DNA of 63,921 nucleotides, counting the filler, from Octopus bimaculoides (lineage: Eukaryota), in the NCBI RefSeq assembly GCF_001194135.2. It is 7 parts of 6 records of this genome, joined end to end, with 100 filler letters (N's around TTAATTAATTAA, not from the genome) between each part and the next. Parts side by side here need not be neighbours in the genome. Positions count along the whole stretch, not along the records: positions 12,907 to 39,996 come from NC_068988.1; 6 more parts are not named here. One strand, given 5' to 3'. Under the pieces are notes generated by a model. That model was given only the letters and a program-made list of their open reading frames with translations. It was not told the DNA's origin and did no database searches. How positions within the stretch are numbered: the stretch's first letter is position 1; each line of letters starts with the position of its first letter. Shown one piece after another: positions 22,974 through 36,499 of this stretch. A program made the translations under genes and the position numbers.

Positions 22974-24708
22974 NNNNNNNNNNNNNNNNNNNNNNNNNNN
23001 NNNNNNNNNNNNNNNNNNNNNNNNNNNNNNNNNNNNNNNNNNNNNNNNNNNNNNNNNNNNNNNNNNNNNNNNNNNNNNNNNNNNNNNNNNNNNNNNNNNN
23101 NNNNNNNNNNNNNNNNNNNNNNNNNNNNNNNNNNNNNNNNNNNNNNNNNNNNNNNNNNNNNNNNNNNNNNNNNNNNNNNNNNNNNNNNNNNNNNNNNNNN
23201 NNNNNNNNNNNNNNNNNNNNNNNNNNNNNNNNNNNNNNNNNNNNNNNNNNNNNNNNNNNNNNNNNNNNNNNNNNNNNNNNNNNNNNNNNNNNNNNNNNNN
23301 NNNNNNNNNNNNNNNNNNNNNNNNNNNNNNNNNNNNNNNNNNNNNNNNNNNNNNNNNNNNNNNNNNNNNNNNNNNNNNNNNNNNNNNNNNNNNNNNNNNN
23401 NNNNNNNNNNNNNNNNNNNNNNNNNNNNNNNNNNNNNNNNNNNNNNNNNNNNNNNNNNNNNNNNNNNNNATATATATATATATATATATATATATACACT
23501 TTATGTAATTCTTTCAGGTTAACTTGTGACAACCTGCAATTATTAATTGATCACAAGTTAAACGACGAGGAATTGGAAAAATGTCCGCAACTAGACTTAG
23601 CTCCTGCTACGTTTCGTAATACAATAATGGCCGTGTTTGGTATCGTAGTTGTTCTAGTTATTGTTACCCTTACCTTTGCTTTTGTTATTGTTGTCGTTGT
23701 TGTACTTGTTGTTGCTATTTGTATTCATTTGGCTGTGTTACAGCGCTCAGATATCTTTACGTTGGCATCGAGTAAGAGAAGCATCACTGTTGTGTATTTA
23801 GTGAATAGCATATTGCCAATATATTCCAGGTCTTATTCCGTTTACTGTCTCATTTAATGCTTTCGCAGGCACTCTATGTGGCTAGTTACACATATAGAGA
23901 TAAGAAAAAAAATACATACATCAAGAAGAACTCGCGAACCCCCTACCACACACAAAGACGCTCTCTCTCTCTCTCTCTCTCTCNNNNNNNNNNNNNNNNN
24001 NNNNNNNNNNNNNNNNNNNNNNNNNNNNNNNNNNNNNNNNNNNNNNNNNNNNNNNNNNNNNNNNNNNNNNNNNNNNNNNNNNNNNNNNNNNNNNNNNNNN
24101 NNNNNNNNNNNNNNNNNNNNNNNNNNNNNNNNNNNNNNNNNNNNNNNNNNNNNNNNNNNNNNNNNNNNNNNNNNNNNNNNNNNNNNNNNNNNNNNNNNNN
24201 NNNNNNNNNNNNNNNNNNNNNNNNNNNNNNNNNNNNNNNNNNNNNNNNNNNNNNNNNNNNNNNNNNNNNNNNNNNNNNNNNNNNNNNNNNNNNNNNNNNN
24301 NNNNNNNNNNNNNNNNNNNNNNNNNNNNNNNNNNNNNNNNNNNNNNNNNNNNNNNNNNNNNNNNNNNNNNNNNNNNNNNNNNNNNNNNNNNNNNNNNNNN
24401 NNNNNNNNNNNNNNNNNNNNNNNNNNNNNNNNNNNNNNNNNNNNNNNNNNNNNNNNNNNNNNNNNNNNNNNNNNNNNNNNNNNNNNNNNNNNNNNNNNNN
24501 NNNNNNNNNNNNNNNNNNNNNNNNNNNNNNNNNNNNNNNNNNNNNNNNNNNNNNNNNNNNNNNNNNNNNNNNNNNNNNNNNNNNNNNNNNNNNNNNNNNN
24601 NNNNNNNNNNNNNNNNNNNNNNNNNNNNNNNNNNNNNNNNNNNNNNNNNNNNNNNNNNNNNNNNNNNNNNNNNNNNNNNNNNNNNNNNNNNNNNNNNNNN
24701 NNNNNNNN

Positions 24709-24750
<42 letters not shown>

Positions 24751-25299
24751 TAGATGCATATGTCTGCTTTTACGTAATCGATCTGTTACGTAATCTAGAA
24801 TGAGTCCCAAGTAAAATGATACGCTGATAGAATAAGATATACAACGCCCAAACTTTATTTTAATATGCATATTTGTGATTGAACATTCTCTGCTTTGGCA
24901 CTGAAATGATAATTAAATTCTGTCAAAGTAATTGTATATTAATGGAGAAAACTTTCTCAAGTTCTTCGGCATTTGGTATGATTCTGTTTCCACAGACTAC
25001 TTTTACATCTTTTAGAACTTTATTGTTTGATAAATTGTTTTTCGTATCAGTGAAGGGCGTGTTTCAAACTCAAAACATGAAATTATAGCAATCTCAGGGA
25101 TAGGGATATTTCTCTGATGCAGTTCCTTCATGTTTGTAAACGTATATTTATGAGTACATACGCACACACACACACATACACAAACACAAATACACACACA
25201 AACACGAATATATTTTTGCGTGTATGCTCGTGTATATCTATACATATATTATCATTATCATTCTTTTAATCTCAGGTTTTGTTGTAACTCTTAGTCTTC

Positions 25300-25650
25300 C
25301 ATTCGTATCAGGCTTGCTACCTGTAGCCCACGGCACCATGCAGTCTGTTGGTTTCAACTGGGACGGATCCGTCTATCGGCCGAGTCTGTAACCATGATTG
25401 CCCCCACTGCTCTTCTTCAATCATGCAGACAAGGTAGTTTTCCCTTACTTTGAAGCTGTGGAGAAAGAAGTTGTTTGTTGAAGAAGGCTGAAAGATATGA
25501 GAGGACAGATACTTTCCTCTTTGGCAGAGCTCTCATTTACGTTTTCAAGTTTCATTTGAAAAGGAAATTGAGGGTGGAGAGGGAAGTGTTGCCCTCGCAT
25601 GAGTTTACTGAAAATGGGTGAAAGTTGCGAAGATGGCAACTAGAGACTTT
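25300..25650 (+). pseudogene. L1/Tx1-type LINE ORF2 C-terminal fragment
   Basis: Frameshifted GRIRLSAES...AVEKEVVC*RRLK...TDTFLFGRALIYVFKFHLKRKLRVEREVL resembles Tx1-type ORF2 ends (from recall, not searched). Confidence 0.55.
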
Positions 25651-25860
25651 TAAGTCAGAGAGAAGGAATTGGAGAGGGCACTTTCTCTTACTGTTCAGGG
25701 AAATCTCGGACAGTGGGGCTCCTCAATTATCCCTACAGGTCATCCTATATCAGGAGGTTGACATCTCTATCATGCTCTCACTTTTTGTTCTTTTGTATAC
25801 TACGTTCTCATTTCTGAGGTATTTTTCGATGTTATTATTATCATTACTACTACTTTCTAA

Positions 25861-26045
25861 GGCGGCGAGGTGGCAGAATCGATAGCACACCGGGCGAAAT
25901 ACCTAGCAGTATTTCGTCTGCCACTACGTTCTGAGTGCTAATTCCGCCGAAGTCGACATTGATTTCGCGGTCGATAAATTAAGTACCAGTGAATCACTGG
26001 GGTCGACTAAATCAACCAGTCCTCTCCCACAAAATTTCAGTAGAA
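25861..26045 (+). mobile_element. tRNA-derived SINE (ggcggcgagctggcagaa family)
   Basis: ggcggcgaggtggcagaatcgatagcac...ttctgagtgctaattccgccgaagtcgac...aagtaccagtgaatcactggggtcg. Confidence 0.88.
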
Positions 26046-26186
26046 AGGATTACTTTAATTTCGTTCAATTTTATTTCTTTTCCTGTGCTTCTAATTGAGT
26101 ACAGATGCAATTCCTTCATTTTTTACTGACCAACGTTACAAGTATTACTAATACACAGACACACACACACACGCACACGCACACAT

Positions 26187-26294
<108 letters not shown>

Positions 26295-28479
26295 GAACAT
26301 AGATATTTATGAAAGTACGCACGATAGTTTCTATGTCTCTATATATTTTAATGTGCTTATTTATACTTCTAACTGCATCGAGTTTTCGTCGTGCTTGTCT
26401 AGAACAAAGTTTTGCGAAACAAATTCTTTATCTTTTCGGTAGTATGATGATTAACGATTGCCAATTGGTAGATTCTAACAAATGACATTAATTAGATGCA
26501 GTCTGCAGCAAGATAACTTGTGTTTATCTTCACACAGTATAGCAAGAGAACCGGTGGCAATGTCTGCTAAAGTAATACATGTTTGTATAAATTCATATCA
26601 TTACCTATGTTACAAGCATAAACTTTATTTTGTATTCAATCTGAATATGCCGCGATAATGTCAATCAACTTATAGCATCATAACAAGGTTCGGATACGAT
26701 TGGTCGCCTTAACCTTTATTGTGACAATACATATACTATTATTACGCTACCACCCCTCTCTTTATTCCCCTCGATGAATATACATACATACCTAAACACT
26801 CGCACACAGTATATATATATATATATATATATNNNNNNNNNNNNNNNNNNNNNNNNNNNNNNNNNNNNNNNNNNNNNNNNNNNNNNNNNNNNNNNNNNNN
26901 NNNNNNNNNNNNNNNNNNNNNNNNNNNNNNNNNNNNNNNNNNNNNNNNNNNNNNNNNNNNNNNNNNNNNNNNNNNNNNNNNNNNNNNNNNNNNNNNNNNN
27001 NNNNNNNNNNNNNNNNNNNNNNNNNNNNNNNNNNNNNNNNNNNNNNNNNNNNNNNNNNNNNNNNNNNNNNNNNNNNNNNNNNNNNNNNNNNNNNNNNNNN
27101 NNNNNNNNNNNNNNNNNNNNNNNNNNNNNNNNNNNNNNNNNNNNNNNNNNNNNNNNNNNNNNNNNNNNNNNNNNNNNNNNNNNNNNNNNNNNNNNNNNNN
27201 NNNNNNNNNNNNNNNNNNNNNNNNNNNNNNNNNNNNNNNNNNNNNNNNNNNNNNNNNNNNNNNNNNNNNNNNNNNNNNNNNNNNNNNNNNNNNNNNNNNN
27301 NNNNNNNNNNNNNNNNNNNNNNNNNNNNNNNNNNNNNNNNNNNNNNNNNNNNNNNNNNNNNNNNNNNNNNNNNNNNNNNNNNNNNNNNNNNNNNNNNNNN
27401 NNNNNNNNNNNNNNNNNNNNNNNNNNNNNNNNNNNNNNNNNNNNNNNNNNNNNNNNNNNNNNNNNNNNNNNNNNNNNNNNNNNNNNNNNNNNNNNNNNNN
27501 NNNNNNNNNNNNNNNNNNNNNNNNNNNNNNNNNNNNNNNNNNNNNNNNNNNNNNNNNNNNNNNNNNNNNNNNNNNNNNNNNNNNNNNNNNNNNNNNNNNN
27601 NNNNNNNNNNNNNNNNNNNNNNNNNNNNNNNNNNNNNNNNNNNNNNNNNNNNNNNNNNNNNNNNNNNNNNNNNNNNNNNNNNNNNNNNNNNNNNNNNNNN
27701 NNNNNNNNNNNNNNNNNNNNNNNNNNNNNNNNNNNNACACTATATATATATATATATATATATATATGTAAATATATATATATATTCTGATGTGTACAAA
27801 TCGATGTACGACAGCTACTATCAAGTTACGAAATCCACGTCGAAGGTCATAATCCAGTCTGCTTCCAGTGTATTGATTAAGTAACTACTATCCTTAGTAT
27901 TACCACTAGATTTGATATACAGAGCGATTTAAGAGTTGATTTCGATAAACACAAGTTTATATTATTTTAACATCGTACGTTTTAACATTGTAGGCGATGG
28001 AAATTTGTATTGAATGTTGCATGTGCATTTGGATACCTGACCACAACAGATCGTCAGTGAACACCTTGTTGCATTCTGTCACTGAAAACTATTATATGTA
28101 CACATTCAGAAATGAAAGAAACCTCTAACGCTGGAGAATAGCTGTGAATGCAGCTTTAGAAAAACTGGTAAGATTCCCCTCCAGACGAACATGGGGCCGG
28201 AGTCGGTATAGAGAATCGAAATCTGTATCTTTTGAAATCCGGCTTCGAGCTATGTGCCATTAAGTTGAATGGCCTCTGAAAGCAGATACGCTCTTTGGTA
28301 ACGCTAAATATTTACTTTTGAAATGTATGAATATTTTTTTACAAATGGACAAACGTCGAGGTCTCGCTTAGAAACCCCTACTTGACTTTCCAAGGCTGTT
28401 TTCACAACTATTGTCCTGCGTTGAAGATATCCTTCATTGCTCGCCATGATAGATCGCTGACTACTACATTTATATATTT

Positions 28480-28645
28480 TTTCTCCTTGTTTCTCTCCTT
28501 GTTTCTTTCTGTGTTCCTTTCAGTTGAAGTGCGTAGTCTCGAAGCGTCAAAGACTTTCTCTACTCCCGAGCGTTAAACTAATACATCCATTTGTTGCTTA
28601 CACCACCTGTCTTCGTCTGTTGTTTATTTCGTAAATTCTCATATA
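28480..28645 (+). mobile_element. Short PLE-type element with degenerate hammerhead motif (28517-28552)
   Basis: cttt-CAGTTGA-a-gtgc(gtag)tctc-GAAGC-GTC-aaag; homologous to 60135-60300. Confidence 0.7.
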
Positions 28646-29229
28646 TATATATATANNNNNNNNNNNNNNNNNNNNNNNNNNNNNNNNNNNNNNNNNNNNN
28701 NNNNNNNNNNNNNNNNNNNNNNNNNNNNNNNNNNNNNNNNNNNNNNNNNNNNNNNNNNNNNNNNNNNNNNNNNNNNNNNNNNNNNNNNNNNNNNNNNNNN
28801 NNNNNNNNNNNNNNNNNNNNNNNNNNNNNNNNNNNNNNNNNNNNNNNNNNNNNNNNNNNNNNNNNNNNNNNNNNNNNNNNNNNNNNNNNNNNNNNNNNNN
28901 NNNNNNNNNNNNNNNNNNNNNNNNNNNNNNNNNNNNNNNNNNNNNNNNNNNNNNNNNNNNNNNNNNNNNNNNNNNNNNNNNNNNNNNNNNNNNNNNNNNN
29001 NNNNNNNNNNNNNNNNNNNNNNNNNNNNNNNNNNNNNNNNNNNNNNNNNNNNNNNNNNNNNNNNNNNNNNNNNNNNNNNNNNNNNNNNNNNNNNNNNNNN
29101 NNNNNNNNNNNNNNNNNNNNNNNNNNNNNNNNNNNNNNNNNNNNNNNNNNNNNNNNNNNNNNNNNNNNNNNNNNNNNNNNNNNNNNNNNNTATATGTGTG
29201 TGTGTAGATATATGTATTATAAATATATC

Positions 29230-29267
<38 letters not shown>

Positions 29268-30309
29268 TGTGTGTATGTGTGTGTGTGTATGTGTGTACAC
29301 ACGTATATCTATGTATATGTGGAATTATTTGCGATTACATTACAACTTTTTGAATATCTCCATAAAATTTATATTTTCCAATTCACCATAATAATATTAA
29401 TAACTTCTCCATGGATTCGCTCATTAAATAATATATATTTTAGCAGTGTCTTGAAAAAAAATTTAATTTGTTTTCCGATATGCTTTTTTTAATCTACATT
29501 TTTTTTTATTTGGTTTCCTTTTTTTTTATCTTTACTGTTCTTCATAAATTGGAACCCAATAATAATATTGTTGAGAGGACGTGAGATATAGATTCAATTT
29601 ATGAGTGGAATGTGATATCAAGGGTACACGATTTTATTTTATTTACTGATTATTTGCCAATACGGAAACGCACACTTGATCTCATAAATGTGTCACAAAC
29701 ACAAACATATACAAACACACACACACACACATATGTATACATACACACACATATATATATATACATACATGCACATATATACCTACATACACATACATAC
29801 ATACATACATACATACNNNNNNNNNNTATATATACATATATATATTCAGTTCTTTCGGCAACCGATTAAAATGCAGCCAGATTAACGTATAAGTAGCAGA
29901 GCTCAACATAAACAAGCGGAATTTTAGCCTTATCCTTTAGAGAGGGTCTGCAGAGCATAATGTATGGCATGCTTGTATCATTGTTGGAATCGCAGGCACT
30001 CTCGGCCTTTGGATATAATTTCAACGCTGCTGTTCATCCAGTCTCATTCACAAGATATACAAAAATTAATTTGTCCAAGATGCTACGCATACGGTTCGAA
30101 CCTGTACCTTATACTTGCGATGGAAACCTCCACCCATTCTGTCAAACTCTCCGTACACACACACATACACACACACACACACATTCACACACACATGCAC
30201 ACAATCATGTATGCATTTATATATATATAACAATTCAAAACAAAGCGTCAGTTTGGTGCAAAATATAATATATATATACGTATACATACACATGCACACA
30301 CAAACACAC

Positions 30310-30352
<43 letters not shown>

Positions 30353-31436
30353 NNNNNNNNNNNNNNNNNNNNNNNNNNNNNNNNNNNNNNNNNNNNNNNN
30401 NNNNNNNNNNNNNNNNNNNNNNNNNNNNNNNNNNNNNNNNNNNNNNNNNNNNNNNNNNNNNNNNNNNNNNNNNNNNNNNNNNNNNNNNNNNNNNNNNNNN
30501 NNNNNNNNNNNNNNNNNNNNNNNNNNNNNNNNNNNNNNNNNNNNNNNNNNNNNNNNNNNNNNNNNNNNNNNNNNNNNNNNNNNNNNNNNNNNNNNNNNNN
30601 NNNNNNNNNNNNNNNNNNNNNNNNNNNNNNNNNNNNNNNNNNNNNNNNNNNNNNNNNNNNNNNNNNNNNNNNNNNNNNNNNNNNNNNNNNNNNNNNNNNN
30701 NNNNNNNNNNNNNNNNNNNNNNNNNNNNNNNNNNNNNNNNNNNNNNNNNNNNNNNNNNNNNNNNNNNNNNNNNNNNNNNNNNNNNNNNNNNNNNNNNNNN
30801 NNNNNNNNNNNNNNNNNNNNNNNNNNNNNNNNNNNNNNNNNNNNNNNNNNNNNNNNNNNNNNNNNNNNNNNNNNNNNNNNNNNNNNNNNNNNNNNNNNNN
30901 NNNNNNNNNNNNNNNNNNNNNNNNNNNNNNNNNNNNNNNNNNNNNNNNNNNNNNNNNNNNNNNNNNNNNNNNNNNNNNNNNNNNNNNNNNNNNNNNNNNN
31001 NNNNNNNNNNNNNNNNNNNNNNNNNNNNNNNNNNNNNNNNNNNNNNNNNNNNNNNNNNNNNNNNNNNNNNNNNNNNNNNNNNNNNNNNNNNNNNNNNNNN
31101 NNNNNNNNNNNNNNNNNNNNNNNNNNNNNNNNNNNNNNNNNNNNNNNNNNNNNNNNNNNNNNNNNNNNNNNNNNNNNNNNNNNNNNNNNNNNNNNNNNNN
31201 NNNNNNNNNNNNNNNNNNNNNNNNNNNNNNNNNNNNNNNNNNNNNNNNNNNNNNNNNNNNNNNNNNNNNNNNNNNNNNNNNNNNNNNNNNNNNNNNNNNN
31301 NNNNNNNNNNTATATATGTATATATATATATATATATACCATACTTTACTCTGCATACATGGGCAATATCCAAAAGACACGAAAATTCGAATGGGCTCGT
31401 GTGTATGTGAGTGTCGACTATGTATAGATAAATATA

Positions 31437-31476
<40 letters not shown>

Positions 31477-31740
31477 CCAATAATTATAAATACATGCATA
31501 TGTATTCAATTATACATAAATACGTGTATGTGTGCGCATTTGTGTGCATGGGTGTATATATGTAACACATATACATATATATGTGAGTGTGTGTGTGTTT
31601 GTGTGTGTGTGTGTGAGTGTATATATATTACGTATCTTTATGTATATTTGTGTATCACTACCGAGTTATATGTCTATATATGCATGAACGTACATAAATA
31701 TATGTACGCAAACACATACACAAACTCGAATCCCCCCATG

Positions 31741-31783
<43 letters not shown>

Positions 31784-32903
31784 AGCGCACAGAAATATAT
31801 ACACCATATATCAATAACAAATATATGCACGTACACACAGAGGGATAATTTTCAGTGCGTGTCTAGGTGTTTAGAGAAGAGTATTTGAAGGTAGGAATAA
31901 TAGACATTATGAGAGTTATTTGAAACGTGTTGTGGGATAGGCTAGGCGTGATCATAGCGGAATTAAATTCGTATAAACAAATTAAATATACTTAAAGAAA
32001 CGTGTCACATACATACATACATACATACATACATACATACATACATTCATGTGTGTATATGTATATATATGTACATTTATATATATCGGCGTATATAAAT
32101 ATACATACACATATATATAAATAAATTAATATATATTATATATATCTATATTTAATTCCGTATGCCCACATATATATATATATATATGTACATATATACA
32201 TACTGAAACACACATATATACGTATGTATATATATATATATATATATNNNNNNNNNNNNNNNNNNNNNNNNNNNNNNNNNNNNNNNNNNNNNNNNNNNNN
32301 NNNNNNNNNNNNNNNNNNNNNNNNNNNNNNNNNNNNNNNNNNNNNNNNNNNNNNNNNNNNNNNNNNNNNNNNNNNNNNNNNNNNNNNNNNNNNNNNNNNN
32401 NNNNNNNNNNNNNNNNNNNNNNNNNNNNNNNNNNNNNNNNNNNNNNNNNNNNNNNNNNNNNNNNNNNNNNNNNNNNNNNNNNNNNNNNNNNNNNNNNNNN
32501 NNNNNNNNNNNNNNNNNNNNNNNNNNNNNNNNNNNNNNNNNNNNNNNNNNNNNNNNNNNNNNNNNNNNNNNNNNNNNNNNNNNNNNNNNNNNNNNNNNNN
32601 NNNNNNNNNNNNNNNNNNNNNNNNNNNNNNNNNNNNNNNNNNNNNNNNNNNNNNNNNNNNNNNNNNNNNNNNNNNNNNNNNNNNNNNNNNNNNNNNNNNN
32701 NNNNNNNNNNNNNNNNNNNNNNNNNNNNNNNNNNNNNNNNNNNNNNNNNNNNNNNNNNNNNNNNNNNNNNNNNNNNNNNNNNNNNNNNNNNNNNNNNNNN
32801 NNNNNNNNNNNNNNNNNNNNNNNNNNNNNNNNNNNNNNNNNNNNNNNNNNNNNNNNNNNNNNNNNNNNNNNNNNNNNNNNNNNNNNNNNNNNNNNNNNNN
32901 NNN

Positions 32904-33281
32904 CTGTGTGGTAAGTAGCTTGCTTACCAACCACATGGTCCCGGGTTCAGTCCCACTGCGTGGCATCTTGGGCAAATGTCTTCTACTATAGCCTCGGGCC
33001 GACCAAAGCCTTGTGAGTGGATTTGGTAGACGGAAACTGAAAGAAGCCCGTCGTATGTGTGTATATATATATATATGTATGTGTGTATGTGTTTGTCCCC
33101 CAACATCGCTTGACAACCGATGCTGGTGTGTTTATGTCCCCGTAACTTAGCGGTTCGGCAATAGAGACCGATAGAATAAGTACTAGGCTTCTAAAAGAAT
33201 AAGTCCTGGGGTCGATTTGCTCGACTAAAGGCGGTGCTCCAGTATGGCCACAGTCAAAAGACTGAAACAAGTAAAAGAGTA
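32904..33281 (+). mobile_element. Full-length SINE with internal microsatellite
   Basis: Same head, internal (TA/TG)n at 33055-33092 and tail as 12237-12660. Confidence 0.92.
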
Positions 33282-33282
33282 T

Positions 33283-33590
33283 TCGTCATCGGCCACCTGG
33301 ATTTCTGCTCCCAGCTATGGTCACCCGATAGTGTAAAATTAACAGCGGACCTTGAAGCAATACAGCGAAGTTTCACAAAGAAGATCGTCTCATTGCAACA
33401 GTTCAGCTACTGAGAAAGGCTGAAACAGGTATGACTCAACTCCCTGGAGAGAAGGCGGGAGAGGTATGCAGTAATATACATCTGGAAGATCCTAGAATTG
33501 TGCCAACTTTTGTCATTGAAAGTTATACGAATGCCAGAACGGGTCGACAATACACAGTCCCAAAGATCCCAGCAATGCCATCGCGCTTTT
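33283..33590 (+). pseudogene. CR1-group LINE RT C-terminal fragment
   Basis: HLDFCSQLWSPDSVKLTADLEAIQRSFTKKI...SY*ERLK...SLERRRERYAVIYIWKIL; related to the 54.3-54.7 kb part of the long LINE. Confidence 0.85.
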
Positions 33591-33592
33591 TC

Positions 33593-34140
33593 AATTTATG
33601 GGGAACCGAAATATCGAGTTTCTTAACGAATCCAAGACATTTAAAGTGATTTTCAATTGTTGTGTGTAGCACATTTACAACTTCCACAATCTCTCGCAGT
33701 TATATGACAATCAGATTCAATTATCGCTTTGATTTGGCCATCGTCTACTTCAGTAAGTCGACAACAGCGATCGACAACTTTGAGTGAAAAATCTCCAGAA
33801 CGGAATTTTAAAAACCATTTCTGACATGTGTGTTCTGTTAAACACTCAACACCATAAACTTCACATATCTCTTTGTGAGCCTCAGTAGCTTTCTTGCCTT
33901 TACGGAAATAAAAAAGTAAAATAAGGCGAAAATATTCATTTTTGCAATCCATGTTAAAATTGACACTGAACGAACAGCTGTAAACAAAATTACGCGCAAT
34001 ATGCTTCTAAAGTAAGCTAAACGTGACGGCTATCAAATGCTAAAAGGAAAAAAAAAAATCATGACATTGACATAAGTCATTCAGAAAAATCGTAAATCTA
34101 TGTATTTGCGAAAAACGAAATTACTTTCTTGACAACCCTA
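33593..34140 (-). mobile_element. Mariner 5' half: TIR + HTH + WVPHEL-like motif
   Basis: TA + TIR-like gggttgtcaagaaagtaatttcg (ends at 34140); ORF MDCKNEYFRLILLFYFRKGKKATEAHKEICEVYG...; then TTIENHFKCLGFVKKLDISVPHKL, truncated at ~33593. Confidence 0.92.
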
Positions 34141-35067
34141 TATATATATATATGTGTGNNNNNNNNNNNNNNNNNNNNNNNNNNNNNNNNNNNNNNNNNN
34201 NNNNNNNNNNNNNNNNNNNNNNNNNNNNNNNNNNNNNNNNNNNNNNNNNNNNNNNNNNNNNNNNNNNNNNNNNNNNNNNNNNNNNNNNNNNNNNNNNNNN
34301 NNNNNNNNNNNNNNNNNNNNNNNNNNNNNNNNNNNNNNNNNNNNNNNNNNNNNNNNNNNNNNNNNNNNNNNNNNNNNNNNNNNNNNNNNNNNNNNNTATA
34401 TATATACATAAATAGATATATATCGATATTCTGCGTAATAAATTATTTATATATTAAATGCTATATTGAAGGCTTTCTGTAAAATATAAGGAAACAATCA
34501 AGTTATATAATGAGCAATAAATAAGTTTCTGAGACAGCGACAATTGCTTATAGTATTTAAACCATGATTAATTTCACAACATTTGTGACCGAAGTAACTA
34601 ATATTTCGTAGTTATAAACTAAATCACCATGTATTATATGTCTATAATCTAAGATACCTCGAAGAAAAGGAAACCTTGAACGGAAGCTCACCAGTTTCCT
34701 TGGATACCGGATTTCACCGACTTCTAAACGGAAACTGTAGGAGATTAACGAGCCAGAAACTCCGGCTCGGCTGCTAACTACGCAGATTTCCAGGTAATCA
34801 TAAAATTCTTTCGCGAAAACTGTTTACAATTTAATCATAGGAATATATTTTGCTACAAGTAAAGTATATTTGTTACCACTTCTTCTCGAGTTCAGTTACC
34901 ATGCGTGACCACTTGCGCATGTGTATTCTACTATAGGCCCTCGCCGACCAACACCTTTTTCAGTAAATTTTGAAGGGCGAAACCGTATGGAAGCTTCTTA
35001 CCGCACAGCCACGTCTACATAAATACATATATATATATATGTACATGTATATATATATTATATGTAT

Positions 35068-35545
35068 ATCCTTTTATTCTTTTACTTCTTTCGGTCATTT
35101 GGCTGCAGCCATGCTGGAGCCTCACGTTTGGTCGAAAACATCGTCCCCAGGACTTATTCTTTTTGAGCCTAGTACTTATTCTATCGGTCTGTTTTGTCGA
35201 ACAGGTAATTAACGGGAACGTTAACACACCAACGTCAGTTGTCAAGTGATGGGGGGGGGACACACAAAAATACATGCACATACAAAACACACACACAAGC
35301 CGTCGTATATATGTATATATATGTGTGTGTATATGTTTGTGTGTCTATGTTTGTACCCCAACATCGCTTGACAACAGATGCTGGTGTGTTTACTTCCCCG
35401 TAACTTAGCGGTTCGGCAAAAGAGGCTGATAGAATAAGTACTAGGCTTACAAAGAATAAGTCCTGGTGTCGATTTGTTCGACTAAAGGCGGTGCTCCAGC
35501 ATGGCCGCAGTCAAATGACGGAAACAAGTAAAAGAGTAAAAGTAT
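35068..35545. mobile_element. Two SINE 3' halves back-to-back in inverted orientation
   Basis: 35068-35295 is the reverse complement and 35298-35545 the plus copy of the microsatellite-SINE 3' half. Confidence 0.88.
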
Positions 35546-36028
35546 ATATNNNNNNNNNNNNNNNNNNNNNNNNNNNNNNNNNNNNNNNNNNNNNNNNNNN
35601 NNNNNNNNNNNNNNNNNNNNNNNNNNNNNNNNNNNNNNNNNNNNNNNNNNNNNNNNNNNNNNNNNNNNNNNNNNNNNNNNNNNNNNNNNNNNNNNNNNNN
35701 NNNNNNNNNNNNNNNNNNNNNNNNNNNNNNNNNNNNNNNNNNNNNNNNNNNNNNNNNNNNNNNNNNNNNNNNNNNNNNNNNNNNNNNNNNNNNNNNNNNN
35801 NNNNNNNNNNNNNNNNNNNNNNNNNNNNNNNNNNNNNNNNNNNNNNNNNNNNNNNNNNNNNNNNNNNNNNNNNNNNNNNNNNNNNNNNNNNNNNNNNNNN
35901 NNNNNNNNNNNNNNNNNNNNNNNNNNNNNNNNNNNNNNNNNNNNNNNNNNNNNNNNNNNNNNNNNNNNNNNNNNNNNNNNNNNNNNNNNNNNNNNNNNNN
36001 NNNNNNNNNNNNNNNNNNNNNNNNNNNT

Positions 36029-36139
36029 TTAGCCACAGGAGGACATCTCCTCCAGCTGGCTTATCGACACACGACTTGGCAAACAGGACACAGTCGTGTG
36101 TCGATAAGCCAGCTGGAGGAGATGTCCTCCTGGGGCTAA
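36029..36139. repeat. GC-balanced hairpin (48-bp arms, 15-nt loop), MITE-like
   Basis: 36029-36076 pairs with 36092-36139 with one mismatch. Confidence 0.92.
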
Positions 36140-36254
36140 AAGCAACAGTAACATCCACCCCTAGGGGTCAGCCACACTTATATATATATAGATATATATA
36201 GATATATATATATAAATATGTATATTTGTATGTGTGCTTTAGATCTTTTACCTT

Positions 36255-36450
36255 TGTCTCCAACTACCGCTTGACAACCTGTATTGGTTTGTTTACCTCC
36301 TTGTAACATAAGCATTTCGACAAAAGCCATCGTGAGAGTAAGTACAAAATTAAAAAATTAGTACTGGGATAGACGTGTTTGTCTAAGCACTAGAAGGCGA
36401 TGCTCCAGCAAGACCGCAATTCCATGAATAAAAAAAGTAAAAGATAAAAG
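36255..36450 (+). mobile_element. Old diverged SINE 3' half
   Basis: cgcttgacaacc...gtaacataagcatttcgacaaaag...aaggcgatgctccagcaagaccgc. Confidence 0.7.
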
Positions 36451-36499
36451 GATTTATGAATACATGGAGGCATCGATGTAATCGAAAAGTTTATTTACC

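Noticed and set aside
27785-27830. CTGATGT-gtac/gtac-GACAGCTA motif
   Set aside because: Two core substitutions and no stem I.
34655-34720. aaggaaac/gtttcctt hairpin flanked by core-like words
   Set aside because: Neither catalytic strand matches well enough.
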